Positions 20,008 through 29,525 of a stretch of 59,489 nt of DNA are shown piece by piece. A program made the translations under genes and the position numbers. Position 1 is the stretch's first letter; every line of letters starts with the position of its first letter. The stretch comes from Candidatus Pacearchaeota archaeon (GTDB lineage Archaea; Nanobdellota; Nanobdellia; Pacearchaeales; GW2011-AR1). Below the pieces are notes generated by a model. That model was not told the origin of the DNA, ran no database searches, and worked only from the letters and a program-made list of their open reading frames with translations. The DNA lies in assembly GCA_018303825.1 (NCBI GenBank), contig JAGVXK010000019.1, positions 1-59,489 of the forward strand, in the 5' to 3' direction.

Positions 20008-20517
20008 CTAGGGAACAGTAGCGGCGCAATTTATTTTTTCATTAATAATGGCATTATTACACAAGGCAATGCCCTTATCTGTTTTCATTGCCAGCTGTAT
20101 TTCCAAATTATACACTCCCGGAGCATTCACTGCTCTTATTGGAACATTCAAAGGAGGAAGAGCTCTTACCCCTTCCTCTCCAGGAGGCAACGGAGGAGTA
20201 AGTTTGAATCCTTTTGAACCTGTAGTTAACAAATATTTTGTCTGCCGGCTTTCGTTTCCCATCCTTATAAGGACATTTGATATATTGAAGAAACCCTTGT
20301 TTGCGAGAGTTAATTCTAGAGTTGTTCCGGCAGAATCATAGTTACAAGCAACTTCTTTTATAGCTATTGCAATATTGTCTGGACATTCTAATTTATCTTT
20401 TGGAACATAAACTCTTAGAAAAGCATAAACCAAAACAGCAATTCCTACTGCAATGATTACCAAAAGAGCATAACTTACTATCTCGCTTACTCCCTTTTTA
20501 TCTCCTTTCTTGAGCAT
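20008..20517 (-). CDS. Archaeal type IV pilin
   Basis: KKG|VSEIVSYALLVIIAV class III signal peptide and a Cys-bounded globular domain. Confidence 0.75.
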   Translation of the reverse strand: MLKKGDKKGVSEIVSYALLVIIAVGIAVLVYAFLRVYVPKDKLECPDNIAIAIKEVACNYDSAGTTLELTLANKGFFNISNVLIRMGNESRQTKYLLTTGSKGFKLTPPLPPGEEGVRALPPLNVPIRAVNAPGVYNLEIQLAMKTDKGIALCNNAIINEKINCAATVP

Positions 20518-20769
20518 TAATAAAACAAATCAGAGAGGTTTTTATATCTTTGCAGATTAAATCGTGCTTTCTAAAGACTTTCTTGATAATCGCCTTAAAT
20601 CTTTTGCTTCGGTATGCACCTGCTGCTCGTCATACAGCACAGCGTTCTCTCAATCATTCTCTTTTGCGCCCTACCGCCTGAAATATAAATCAAATCTTTA
20701 ATATAATTATCTCCCAGTTTATTATCCATAAAAATTGAATGGAGATTGGTTATTTAAATATTATTGCAA

Positions 20770-21285
20770 TTATGACCTCGAAACATAAGTCTCATTAGCT
20801 TTTGTCTTCTTAACTATCAGATAAAAGTTCTGGCCTACCCTTAAATCAAAATCATATTCGTTCCCGCTGACTGTAATTGTCAAGTTATTTCCATCTGGAC
20901 TGACTGCAGTATTTGAAATGTCTGTTATTTGTCCTGTTGCGCAACTTGTCTCAACACATGCGCTTCCTAAATCCAAAGTTGTATAATTAACTAAAGTTAC
21001 ATTAGTTGAATTCCCGAAAAGAATAAGAAATTGACTGTCTGTATTTGAGTCTGCATAATTTGATGCTAAAAGAGTAAGATTATTCAATATGCCTTCACGG
21101 GACAATCCGCTGTAAACTCCGCTGTCTATGACTTTTCCTCCTTCATAGTCTAATTCTTTTGATAATTCATAGACTTTAGTATCTTCCTTTTGTGTTCTTG
21201 CCTTGTTATAAACGATTCCCAAACTAAAAAGCACAGCGACTATAACCAGTGCCACTATGAGGAAGAACTGCCCTTTTTTATCCAT
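20770..21285 (-). CDS. Pilin-like protein
   Basis: MDKKG|QFFLIVALVIVA class III signal peptide. Confidence 0.7.
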   Translation of the reverse strand: MDKKGQFFLIVALVIVAVLFSLGIVYNKARTQKEDTKVYELSKELDYEGGKVIDSGVYSGLSREGILNNLTLLASNYADSNTDSQFLILFGNSTNVTLVNYTTLDLGSACVETSCATGQITDISNTAVSPDGNNLTITVSGNEYDFDLRVGQNFYLIVKKTKANETYVSRS

Positions 21286-21454
21286 TGATTAAACACACAA
21301 AACAGCTTTTTATATCTTTTTAGATGATTGGCTTTACGTAAATAATATGCCTGCCTCTTTTTGAACATATTTTATGAAAGAAATCTACTAGACAAATAAT
21401 CACTTGGTTGTTTACCACAATAATCTTTAAAAACTTACAAATTGAGCTAGAAAA

Positions 21455-21832
21455 ATGGTTGAGTTTGATTTGGAGATATTAGCAGAAGTTCCTTACCAAC
21501 CTGCGTTTGATGAGAAAGATGGCACGGTCCAGATACCTATTAGACAGGTCAGAACTTCTTTCAACAATGACTTTTCTGAATTTAGTTCTTCTGCTGTTGT
21601 GAGGTTAAAAGACCGAGTAGCGGGAAAAAGAGATATAACTGTTAAAACCAATCGACAGCTAGATATACAAAGAGAAGATATGATAAAAATCTTGGGCGTG
21701 GAAGGTTTTCAATTTTCAAGCAATGGTATATATGACATTGCTCAGATAGATGTCCTAAAATATAAAGATAATGATAAAATTCCGAGAGCCTCATATTTCT
21801 TTCAAGATAGAACAAGTATAAATAACCCTTAG
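21455..21832 (+). CDS. Hypothetical protein
   Basis: 125-aa beta-rich ORF. No recognised family. Confidence 0.55.
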   Translation: MVEFDLEILAEVPYQPAFDEKDGTVQIPIRQVRTSFNNDFSEFSSSAVVRLKDRVAGKRDITVKTNRQLDIQREDMIKILGVEGFQFSSNGIYDIAQIDVLKYKDNDKIPRASYFFQDRTSINNP

Positions 21833-21864
21833 ATTGTTTGCCATTTCTTATAGAATATAAAAAG

Positions 21865-22121
21865 TGTAGGCAGGGAGTTTGCCTAGAAAAAAATTAAAAG
21901 AACCCTCCTGCTTTTCTCAGCTTTGTTTACCTATAAGCACCTTGCTTCTCGCTTAGGGCTGCTCCGATCAAGGTCTGACCCGTTTCACAAGAGCAAGATC
22001 GAACAGGACAAAACGTCAACGTCCAGCAAAAGACTTTTAACTTTCTGCCTCACTTGCTCCTTTAGACCCACCTAAAGCCCGCTGATGAATGGCGAAGGGC
22101 TAGCACGCCGGTCTGCCTACA
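21865..22121 (-). ncRNA. ffs: Signal recognition particle RNA, large bacterial-like architecture without helix 6
   Basis: Terminal helix UGUAGGCAG/CUGCCUACA, long rod, and a helix-8 element GGG-UCAGACC-UUGAUC-GGAGCAG-CCC. TATA-like TTTAAAAA lies about 25 nt upstream and a T5 run just downstream. Confidence 0.75.
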
Positions 22122-22184
22122 TAAAAAATGATTAAACAGACTTTTTAAATCTATCAATTTTCACCAAAGAAAATTATAAAAGTA

Positions 22185-22334
22185 TCATGAAGAAACGCTT
22201 TTCTTGATATGTTTTATTGCTTCATTATCTTCTTTTTTCCTTTTTCCTACTTTAACAAGAAAAATTATAACTAAAATTAATGTTACAAATAATAAAAAAA
22301 CCAGATTAAAGAGTAATAAGATTAAGATATCCAT
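22185..22334 (-). CDS. Small single-TM protein (49 aa)
   Basis: Manual translation MDILILLLFNLVFLLFVTLILVIIFLVKVGKRKK...: hydrophobic helix plus basic tail. Below the ORF-track cutoff. Confidence 0.35.
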   Translation of the reverse strand: MDILILLLFNLVFLLFVTLILVIIFLVKVGKRKKEDNEAIKHIKKSVSS

Positions 22335-22421
22335 TTTTGTCTGTGATTAAGAGTATATTTAGATTTTATTGATATAAACCAGCATATAAATGTTTATTAA
22401 TGCCTAAAAAATGGGAAAAGG

Positions 22422-22679
22422 ATGGTCTTAAATAAGCTGGAAAAGACAATTTTAACTGCAGGACTAGCTATAGGAATAGGATTAATGCCCTTGGCGGCTA
22501 CATCATACCAAAATATTATGATGAACAGGGCTGGAGGAGAACATAAGATGGAAAAGTATGAAATACATGCACAGAAGATGCAAATTTACAAGATATTGAC
22601 CATAGGTATGGATGCTATCCTTGTTCTAGGTTATTTTTCTTATTTGAGAAATAATTTGAGCAAAAAACCTGAAGAATAA
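22422..22679 (+). CDS. Hypothetical 2-TM protein
   Basis: 85-aa ORF with two hydrophobic segments. Confidence 0.5.
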   Translation: MVLNKLEKTILTAGLAIGIGLMPLAATSYQNIMMNRAGGEHKMEKYEIHAQKMQIYKILTIGMDAILVLGYFSYLRNNLSKKPEE

Positions 22680-22693
22680 TTTGTGCGAATAAA

Positions 22694-24364
22694 TTACATC
22701 TTTTTTAAAACATTTATCCCAAGAAGAGAAAGGGCATTTTTCAAAACAATTGAAAAAGAGTCGACTATCGCCAATCTGAAAGATTCATTATCACTTCCTA
22801 TTACCTTGTTAGAATGATAAAACTCATTAAATTTCTGGGATAACTGGAAGGCATAATTAGCTATTGTGCTTGGAGATAAATCGACATATGCTTTGCGCAC
22901 AATCTCTGGAAAATTGCTTAATTTAGCAATAATCATTTTTTCATCATCGGTAATTGCTCTTATACTTAGCTTTTGTTTTTTATACTTCGCTTTTCTTAAA
23001 ATACTTCTTGCTCTCGCATAGCTGTAAAGTAAATAAGGCCCAGTATTACCTTCAAAGTTCAGGGCTTCCTCCTTGTTAAAAACAATGACACTATTTGAGT
23101 GCTGTCTTAATAAAGAATATTTTATTGCAGAAATTGCAATTGCCAGAGCTCTGTCTTCCAATTCTTTTCCCTTTACTTTTTCCCTTTTTAGTATCTCTGA
23201 TTTGGCATAATCTGTTATTTCTTTCATAAAGTCAGAATAAAGAATGTTATCTCCTGTTCTGGAAGACATCTTCCCTGAAGGAAGCCTAACTTCGGCAAAA
23301 TGAAGAAAATTATAATCTTTTGCTTTAGAAAATTTCATTAATTCCAAAGCTTTCTTTATCTGGGAAGTGTGGAGAAATTGAGCCATGCCAATAGTTGCTA
23401 TTGCGCCCTCTAACTTGAAGTCTTTAAACTTCTTTTCAGCAAGGGCGAGGTCTTTTACAGAGTATAAAACAGTCCCATCTTTTCTCAATAAAACCCAGAC
23501 ACCGAGATTATATTTTTCAAAATTAATTATTATTGCTCCTTCTGAAATTTCAGCTATCCCTTTTTTAACTAATTCCTGAGCAATTTCTTTTCCTCTTTTT
23601 TCAACATCTCTTTCGAAATAGTATTTGTCAAATCTCGTGTTGAGTTCTTTGTATATTTTTTCAAAGGCTTGCAGACTGTAATCTCTTGATTTCTTCCATA
23701 AACTCATCAACTCCTTATCTTTCCCTTCTTCAAGATTTCTGTTTATCTCATCAACTTCTTCCTGAAGCTTTTCATTTTCCCCAAGTCTCTTAACCGCTTC
23801 TACATAAATGGAAGCAATCCATGGTTCTTCTCTCTTCAATTCTTCTTTTGAATGGTATTTTTTATAACACCATATCCATTTAGCAACATGCATTCCTGTA
23901 TCTCCCTGATAATTTGCCCTTATCACTTTATTTCCGTTAAACTCCAGAACTCTTGAAAGAGATTCTCCGAAGCTTGTTGCTCTTATATGCCCTACATGGA
24001 AGGATTTATGAGTGTTAGCCTGTGAAAACTCGATTAGGATTGTCCTGCTGTCCTTGCCAGAGCCATATCTATCCTTTGCCTTCCTGATTGAATCAAGGGT
24101 TTTCTCTGCAAGATGATTCCTGTTTATGAAAAAATTGACATAAGGGCCGACTGATTTTACCAGCTCAAACTCATCTGATTTAATCTTAGAAGAAATTTCC
24201 TTGGCAATTTCCACAGGATTCTTCTTTTCTATTTTGGCGAGAGAAAAACAAGGAAAAGCATAGTCTCCTAAATAGGAAGAAGGCGGAATTTCAATTAAAT
24301 CTACAATCTTCTTCTTGCCTAATTTTACATGCTTAGACAATATATCTGCTACAATCTCCCTCAT
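22694..24364 (-). CDS. argS: Arginine--tRNA ligase
   Basis: GDYAFPCF, HIGH-like FHVGH, KMSSR and FEGNTGPYLLYSYARARSI. Confidence 0.97.
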   Translation of the reverse strand: MREIVADILSKHVKLGKKKIVDLIEIPPSSYLGDYAFPCFSLAKIEKKNPVEIAKEISSKIKSDEFELVKSVGPYVNFFINRNHLAEKTLDSIRKAKDRYGSGKDSRTILIEFSQANTHKSFHVGHIRATSFGESLSRVLEFNGNKVIRANYQGDTGMHVAKWIWCYKKYHSKEELKREEPWIASIYVEAVKRLGENEKLQEEVDEINRNLEEGKDKELMSLWKKSRDYSLQAFEKIYKELNTRFDKYYFERDVEKRGKEIAQELVKKGIAEISEGAIIINFEKYNLGVWVLLRKDGTVLYSVKDLALAEKKFKDFKLEGAIATIGMAQFLHTSQIKKALELMKFSKAKDYNFLHFAEVRLPSGKMSSRTGDNILYSDFMKEITDYAKSEILKREKVKGKELEDRALAIAISAIKYSLLRQHSNSVIVFNKEEALNFEGNTGPYLLYSYARARSILRKAKYKKQKLSIRAITDDEKMIIAKLSNFPEIVRKAYVDLSPSTIANYAFQLSQKFNEFYHSNKVIGSDNESFRLAIVDSFSIVLKNALSLLGINVLKKM

Positions 24365-24402
24365 CTAAGTATTTAACAGATATCGTTAATAAATCTTGCT
24401 TA

Positions 24403-24921
24403 TTAACTGGTTTTAAAAGAAGGATTTTCTTCCTGTGTAAGATTATGACCGCATTCCGTGCAGAATTTTGCACCCTCATCAATTCTTTTCTTGCAGCCAA
24501 GACAATTTATTAAAGGGACAAGCATTTTTCCTCCGCATTGGGGGCAGAATTTCTGGCCATCGTCTCCTCCACGACCACATTTGACACATTTTGGAGGGAT
24601 TTTCTTCCTTTCTATGACTGCTTTATAGCCAATCTTCCCTCCAGAAACTATCTTTGAATAAGCATCTACAATTGAATCTGCACTTTGAAACTTTCTTAAG
24701 TCTAAATTGCTTCCCATCTTTTCATTTATGAACCTGGCTTTTCTTATACTTTGAAAATCCTCGATTTTCGAGGCATTCAAAAATAGTATATTTTTGATGT
24801 TTTCTAAATATAATTCCCATTTCGTGCCTCTTTTTATTATTTCACTTGATGAATTTAGTTTATAAATATTTTGATAGTAAATTCTATAGTTCTTTTTAAT
24901 CCGGATTCTTTTTTGTAACAA
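24403..24921 (-). CDS. Double zinc-ribbon protein, possibly the C-terminal half of a split gene
   Basis: CVKC..FCPQCG and CLGC..FCTECG. TTG start overlaps the upstream ORF by 26 nt. Confidence 0.6.
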   Translation of the reverse strand: MLQKRIRIKKNYRIYYQNIYKLNSSSEIIKRGTKWELYLENIKNILFLNASKIEDFQSIRKARFINEKMGSNLDLRKFQSADSIVDAYSKIVSGGKIGYKAVIERKKIPPKCVKCGRGGDDGQKFCPQCGGKMLVPLINCLGCKKRIDEGAKFCTECGHNLTQEENPSFKTS

Positions 24922-25333
24922 GAAAATGCTTGATATATAAGTCAGTTATATCTTTTTCTGGGTTTTCCTTATTCTTTCCGATGTAGAAAAACAAAAATGC
25001 AAGAATTACCGAGGGAAGAATAATAGTAGATAACTGCAATGTCTGCGAAAGTGAAAGAAAGAACTTGCTGTCTTTCAAAAGATAAAGAGCTGGAGAAAAC
25101 CAGACTGCAAATCCCATAAGCGCGTAAAATAGGCTAACTCTTTTCGAATCCTCTTTAATATTGCTTATAAAAAAGGCCAATAACCCAAAAAACAATGCTG
25201 GAATTAATAGGTAGTATAGGAAGGTATTGCCTATAAGAACATTATTTATTGTAAATTGCAGAGAAGATAATAACAGGGGGGCGCAAATCCACAAAAGAAA
25301 GCATATAATTGCATATTTTACACCCTTTACCAT
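24896..25333 (-). CDS. 4-TM membrane protein
   Basis: Four hydrophobic helices. Confidence 0.55.
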   Translation of the reverse strand: MVKGVKYAIICFLLWICAPLLLSSLQFTINNVLIGNTFLYYLLIPALFFGLLAFFISNIKEDSKRVSLFYALMGFAVWFSPALYLLKDSKFFLSLSQTLQLSTIILPSVILAFLFFYIGKNKENPEKDITDLYIKHFLVTKKNPD

Positions 25334-25376
25334 TTATAGACATATCTTTAAAGATATATAAAACCTTTTAATAAGA

Positions 25377-25450
25377 AGCTTCCGCCGGGAGTCGAACCCG
25401 GGACCCCCGCATTACGAGTGCGGTACTCTTGCCAACTGAGCTACGGAAGC
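25377..25450 (-). tRNA. tRNA-Thr (anticodon CGT), CCA not encoded
   Basis: Full cloverleaf: acceptor GCTTCCG/CGGAAGC, anticodon arm CCGCA-CTCGTAA-TGCGG, T arm CCGGG-TTCGACT-CCCGG. Confidence 0.97.
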
Positions 25451-25542
25451 ACATTCATAACTTGGCTATAAATGCATATATTCCTTAATTATCGGTCATT
25501 TAAAAAAGCTAGTTTTATAAACAATAACTATTTTAGAATAGA

Positions 25543-25758
25543 ATGAAAGTATCTCGCTCAGGTTACATATATTTTAGGCCAAGAGAATTCTTTTCAAGAA
25601 ACTCTCCAGTCACTATAGTTCTTTACTTTGCTATATTTGCGATAATCCTTGGGTTAATATTTAGTGTTCTGAGCTTCCTGGTTTGGATTGGATTCCTGTT
25701 CGGATTAATATATATAATTTATTTTATAATCTGGCTTTTTCTGAACAAGTGGTGGTAA
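25543..25758 (+). CDS. Small 2-TM membrane protein
   Basis: 71-aa strongly hydrophobic ORF. Confidence 0.55.
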   Translation: MKVSRSGYIYFRPREFFSRNSPVTIVLYFAIFAIILGLIFSVLSFLVWIGFLFGLIYIIYFIIWLFLNKWW

Positions 25759-25760
25759 AA

Positions 25761-27161
25761 TTATCCTTTGGTTTTGAGATATTCATTCATCCAGTATAAA
25801 AGAAGATAATCATTTCCTGTATATGTTGCGTTGCCTGTGCCGATAGTTCTTTCTATGCCACGTTTAGTCAGCGTTCTTTTTACATTTTCATCAAGAGCAA
25901 GCTGATTAACTTTCCAATTAAAACCATTAAGACCTCTTTGGTAGACTGGAAGAGGATATTTTGCCTCTTTCTGCCACATCATCTTTATAGTTCTCGGAGG
26001 CCTTCTTTCTATGCTCAAGTCAAAGCTGTTTAATATTTCCCTGTTATTTAGGGTTAATGGATATGTGCGAAGACAAAAATCAATCTCGTTAGTCAATTTT
26101 TCTCTATTTCTATTATTAATGTTGAATCCAGAATCAAGATATAATGCATCAAAGAGAGGATTATGCTGCTCTCTTGTTGCCCAAAACAGCCTCTTTAGGG
26201 CAACGCGATAGCATTTCTTATCAGATGAAATAATATCTGAATGAAGGCTTAAAAAACTGAGCCAATGGGTTGATTGTGTCGGAAATTCCATAAAAAGAAA
26301 CTTGAAGCTTAGAGCTTGCATTTTATCATTAGTATTAAGTTTCCTTAAAAAATATTTTTTCTGTTTTTCCAGTTGTTGTATCAAAGCAGGATTTTTCTCC
26401 TTGTCTATCAGATAAAGACACGATTCAATTAATGACAAACCTCCAAGATTATCGACATGGGAAGTTATTCCTGTTGACTTTAGATTATTATATCCAACTG
26501 AATGCCCTGGGCCCATCACATTTCCTCTATTATCTCTAAGAACAAAATCATTTCTCAAAAAATAAGAGGCTATTAGTGAAGAATGGAAGGATATTTTTTC
26601 ACTTATTTCGCTTGAATTGAATAACCTTTTTGCAGATACATATGAAAAAAACAGCTGAAGATAGACATTTGGATGAATTTCATTTATTGTCTGCATAAGA
26701 TTTCCATCTTCATTTGCAACCTTGAAAGGAAGATAGCCATCTAAGCCATTGGCTCGATCCATTTCTATTATGGAGCTTATTACCTTCGAAGCTAAAACCT
26801 CTGTTTCAGCATCTTTTGTGGCCGCATATTTATATGCTAAGGCAGAAAGAAAATGCATTGTAGCTTCTATATGCCCTAGTTTTGGTTTTCCTTTTTCTAT
26901 ATCTTCAGGGATTATGTAATAGGGAAAAATTATTAATTCATTAAGAATTCTTTTTTCAAAGTAATCTGCTTTTTCTCTTGTAGAAAGGGACTTGGCCTCC
27001 AATTTCCTCTCTTGAATTATCTCCCGAGAAGCAGCAATTCTCTGCTCTAAATCTGCTTGGCTCTTAATCCCATAATCAATTGCACAGCCCGAAGAAGCAG
27101 GCAACAGCCCTGCAACACCCAAACTTTTTAACCACCCCATTGAAACAGAAAACAAAGGCAT
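25761..27161 (-). CDS. Secreted or lipoprotein-like helical protein, possible (alpha/alpha) barrel
   Basis: Signal helix ending SSGC, FLSALAYKYAAT..., NPLFD and C-terminal GNDYLLLYWM. Confidence 0.5.
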   Translation of the reverse strand: MPLFSVSMGWLKSLGVAGLLPASSGCAIDYGIKSQADLEQRIAASREIIQERKLEAKSLSTREKADYFEKRILNELIIFPYYIIPEDIEKGKPKLGHIEATMHFLSALAYKYAATKDAETEVLASKVISSIIEMDRANGLDGYLPFKVANEDGNLMQTINEIHPNVYLQLFFSYVSAKRLFNSSEISEKISFHSSLIASYFLRNDFVLRDNRGNVMGPGHSVGYNNLKSTGITSHVDNLGGLSLIESCLYLIDKEKNPALIQQLEKQKKYFLRKLNTNDKMQALSFKFLFMEFPTQSTHWLSFLSLHSDIISSDKKCYRVALKRLFWATREQHNPLFDALYLDSGFNINNRNREKLTNEIDFCLRTYPLTLNNREILNSFDLSIERRPPRTIKMMWQKEAKYPLPVYQRGLNGFNWKVNQLALDENVKRTLTKRGIERTIGTGNATYTGNDYLLLYWMNEYLKTKG

Positions 27162-27230
27162 TTTAAAAAGATAATTATACTCTATTGATTATTCTGCTGT
27201 ATCTTAATTAAAACTTAATCCAAAAATTAA

Positions 27231-27497
27231 TTATTTGCCGCGGGGCATCATCAGCACCTGCTCAAGCATATTTATGTTGAACATTTTTACTGCTGGATTA
27301 TTGATCTTGTTTGTGCTACCGTAATTGTTTGAAATATTATTTGTCTCAACCAAGATTTCTTGTTTTGCTTTTGAACGAACATGATATATTTCACTGTGAC
27401 TGATTGGAAGGGACCTATTTAGGCAGGAAATACCAAGGCCAATAGCTACTACTGCTCCAAAAACTGCTCCATAAATAAAAGTAGTCATTTTATGCAT
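27231..27497 (-). CDS. Hypothetical membrane-anchored protein
   Basis: N-terminal TM helix. Confidence 0.45.
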   Translation of the reverse strand: MHKMTTFIYGAVFGAVVAIGLGISCLNRSLPISHSEIYHVRSKAKQEILVETNNISNNYGSTNKINNPAVKMFNINMLEQVLMMPRGK

Positions 27498-27587
27498 CTC
27501 TACCAGTAAAAAGCGCCATATTTAAGCTTTTTGTAAAACTTAATGAAATATATAAATGCTTAAATATATCCTGCTCCAAAACTTTTC

Positions 27588-28274
27588 GTGAGATATGAAG
27601 AAAAGAGGCAGATGGTAGAAGTGATGGTTTATGATGCTATTGATGAAATTGCTGAAGAAATTGGATTAGGGATTCCTTTTTATCCGCAAGTTTATCATTT
27701 TGGTGAAAAGGAGGACTTGAAAGCAAGCAGATTACCTGAAATTATTTTAAATAAATGCACAGAAAGAATAAAATTTAACGAAAGCTTTTTCTGGCAGAAT
27801 TTAAATTCAATATTTATTTTTGTAGATAAAGAAAAGGTGATGGGGATTGGAGAAGAATCTGCCCATTTCTTGAGAAGCCTTGCACCTCTTTATAAAAGTA
27901 AAAAAGTAGATAAAGAAACACTGCCAAAAAGAACAATTGACGAAACTTTAGCCTTTTTTAGCTCCAAATTGAGAATGCCTGACAGAATAAATAATTTTGA
28001 AGCATACAAAGATATAGTGCCAATGAGTCCTTTACAAGTCAATATGTTTCTTGAACAGATTAAAGAATCTCTTCCAAATCTGACAAAAGATGAATTTTTT
28101 ATATACCAGCAAGGATATGGGTTGGGAGATAGATTGTATTATGCTTATGTTCAAGGACAATTTTCAAAGAAAAGAATAAAGGACTTATTTACAAACTCTT
28201 TTAGAGAGGAGGGAAGCGCATTAGACAAATTCTGGAAGCTCAGAAAAGAACTTTGGCCTATCGAACAAAGATAA
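27588..28274 (+). CDS. Hypothetical protein
   Basis: 228-aa ORF. The EESAH...YQQGY region is weakly zincin-like. Confidence 0.55.
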   Translation: MRYEEKRQMVEVMVYDAIDEIAEEIGLGIPFYPQVYHFGEKEDLKASRLPEIILNKCTERIKFNESFFWQNLNSIFIFVDKEKVMGIGEESAHFLRSLAPLYKSKKVDKETLPKRTIDETLAFFSSKLRMPDRINNFEAYKDIVPMSPLQVNMFLEQIKESLPNLTKDEFFIYQQGYGLGDRLYYAYVQGQFSKKRIKDLFTNSFREEGSALDKFWKLRKELWPIEQR

Positions 28275-28277
28275 GAC

Positions 28278-28763
28278 TTATCCTCCACAGCCGCAACCGC
28301 CACTACTGCTACTACTGGAAGAACAACTTCCGGCTTTGGTATTTGCCGACTCTATGTAAGTAGATGCTTTCCCAGAATCATCCAAGACAGTAAATGTTCC
28401 CCGGTACATATTCATGGAACAAGCGATATTGAATGTTCCTGCTTTATCTGGAACAAATTCAATAATATTATCTTTATCACTAAGAACTTTTCTCACATTA
28501 AAAGCCGCGATGACTATTGATTTTGAACAACCTGGAAGTTTTGACATATCGGCTTCCATCCTGACGGGAGCCCCTTTCTTGACAGTAGAAGGAGAAAGAA
28601 TGTAACTGCTTCCTGAAACACTTAATTTAACAACTTGTGCGTTTGAATAACTCTTTGAAGCTGAAATACCACTGGCAATATTAGTCCTAAAAAATACAAA
28701 TATTCCCGCGACTACAATTACAAAAATTATTACAAAAATAAAAAATCCGTTGTTATTGCTCAT
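28278..28763 (-). CDS. Membrane-anchored cupredoxin-domain protein
   Basis: GCSKSIVI...EFVPDKAGTFNIACSMNMYRG cupredoxin motif and a Cys/Gly tail CSSSSSSSGGCGCGG. Confidence 0.75.
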   Translation of the reverse strand: MSNNNGFFIFVIIFVIVVAGIFVFFRTNIASGISASKSYSNAQVVKLSVSGSSYILSPSTVKKGAPVRMEADMSKLPGCSKSIVIAAFNVRKVLSDKDNIIEFVPDKAGTFNIACSMNMYRGTFTVLDDSGKASTYIESANTKAGSCSSSSSSSGGCGCGG

Positions 28764-29440
28764 TGTAATATTCCTCTTGGCGCAAATGCCATTAGAAGAA
28801 TAGTGGCAAGCATCAATATAAAGCTTATGAATATGGTCATGAAATGGTCTTCTTTTCTTTGCCTTTCACTCTCTTTTGTTTCTAAATATATCATATAATT
28901 CAAAGCAACCAAAATTACTGCAGATACAATAAATATTACAATTGTTGCGAGTTTAAGATGGTCATTTAGCAACATAATAGAGGTCATTGCACCCATCCAG
29001 CCACCCATCAAACCGGCCATTATACCTTCCATAAAACCCATAACTCCGCAACAAGATCCGACCCAAATTCCTAAAATAATTCCTACAAACATTCCAAATA
29101 TTCCTCCAATAAACATACCATTTGTAGCTCCGAGCAAAAATCCAGATAGAAATCCGGATATCATCCCTATTGTCATCCCAACCATCATTCCAGACATGCA
29201 AGCCATGTTGTTGTAAGCTCTAATTTGTCTTATTGCGGGAACAATGAGAGCATAACTTAAAACAGCAAAGAAGAGAAAGAAACCATATTTTGGAATAAAG
29301 CTTTCAATATATTTCAATTTAAAATAATATGCTATTCCGAGCACCACGATAGAAGTCAAAAGAGAATATGCAATAGTTTTTATCAAATCCCCTTCTACTC
29401 TTTCTCCATTCAGTTCTTTCTTGAAATCTTTTAATGACAT
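28760..29440 (-). CDS. Met/Cys/Gly-rich multi-pass membrane protein, possibly metal-binding
   Basis: ACMSGMMVGMTIGM and CCGVMGFMEGIMAGLMGGWMGAM. Coupled to the cupredoxin gene. Confidence 0.65.
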   Translation of the reverse strand: MSLKDFKKELNGERVEGDLIKTIAYSLLTSIVVLGIAYYFKLKYIESFIPKYGFFLFFAVLSYALIVPAIRQIRAYNNMACMSGMMVGMTIGMISGFLSGFLLGATNGMFIGGIFGMFVGIILGIWVGSCCGVMGFMEGIMAGLMGGWMGAMTSIMLLNDHLKLATIVIFIVSAVILVALNYMIYLETKESERQRKEDHFMTIFISFILMLATILLMAFAPRGILQ

Positions 29441-29475
29441 ATCTTCTTTAGGAAAATAAGCTATTAAACTGCTTG

Positions 29476-29493
29476 TGTGAAACTAGTTTCACA
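29476..29493. promoter_or_regulatory. Perfect 18-bp palindrome, candidate operator
   Basis: TGTGAAACTAGTTTCACA between the divergent operon and a wHTH regulator gene. Confidence 0.6.
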
Positions 29494-29525
29494 AGATTAT
29501 TAAACTATCAAAATCAATTTTATTT

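Noticed and set aside
20560-20700. Slightly GC-richer intergenic stretch: possible sRNA or 33-aa ORF (MIERNAVLYDEQQVH...)
   Set aside because: No complete C/D or H/ACA box set, only short stems, and no convincing translation signals.
21865-22121. RNase P RNA interpretation of the structured RNA
   Set aside because: It lacks the GAGGAAAGUCC and 3' P4 consensus, while the rod fold and the helix-8 CAG/AGCA element fit SRP RNA.
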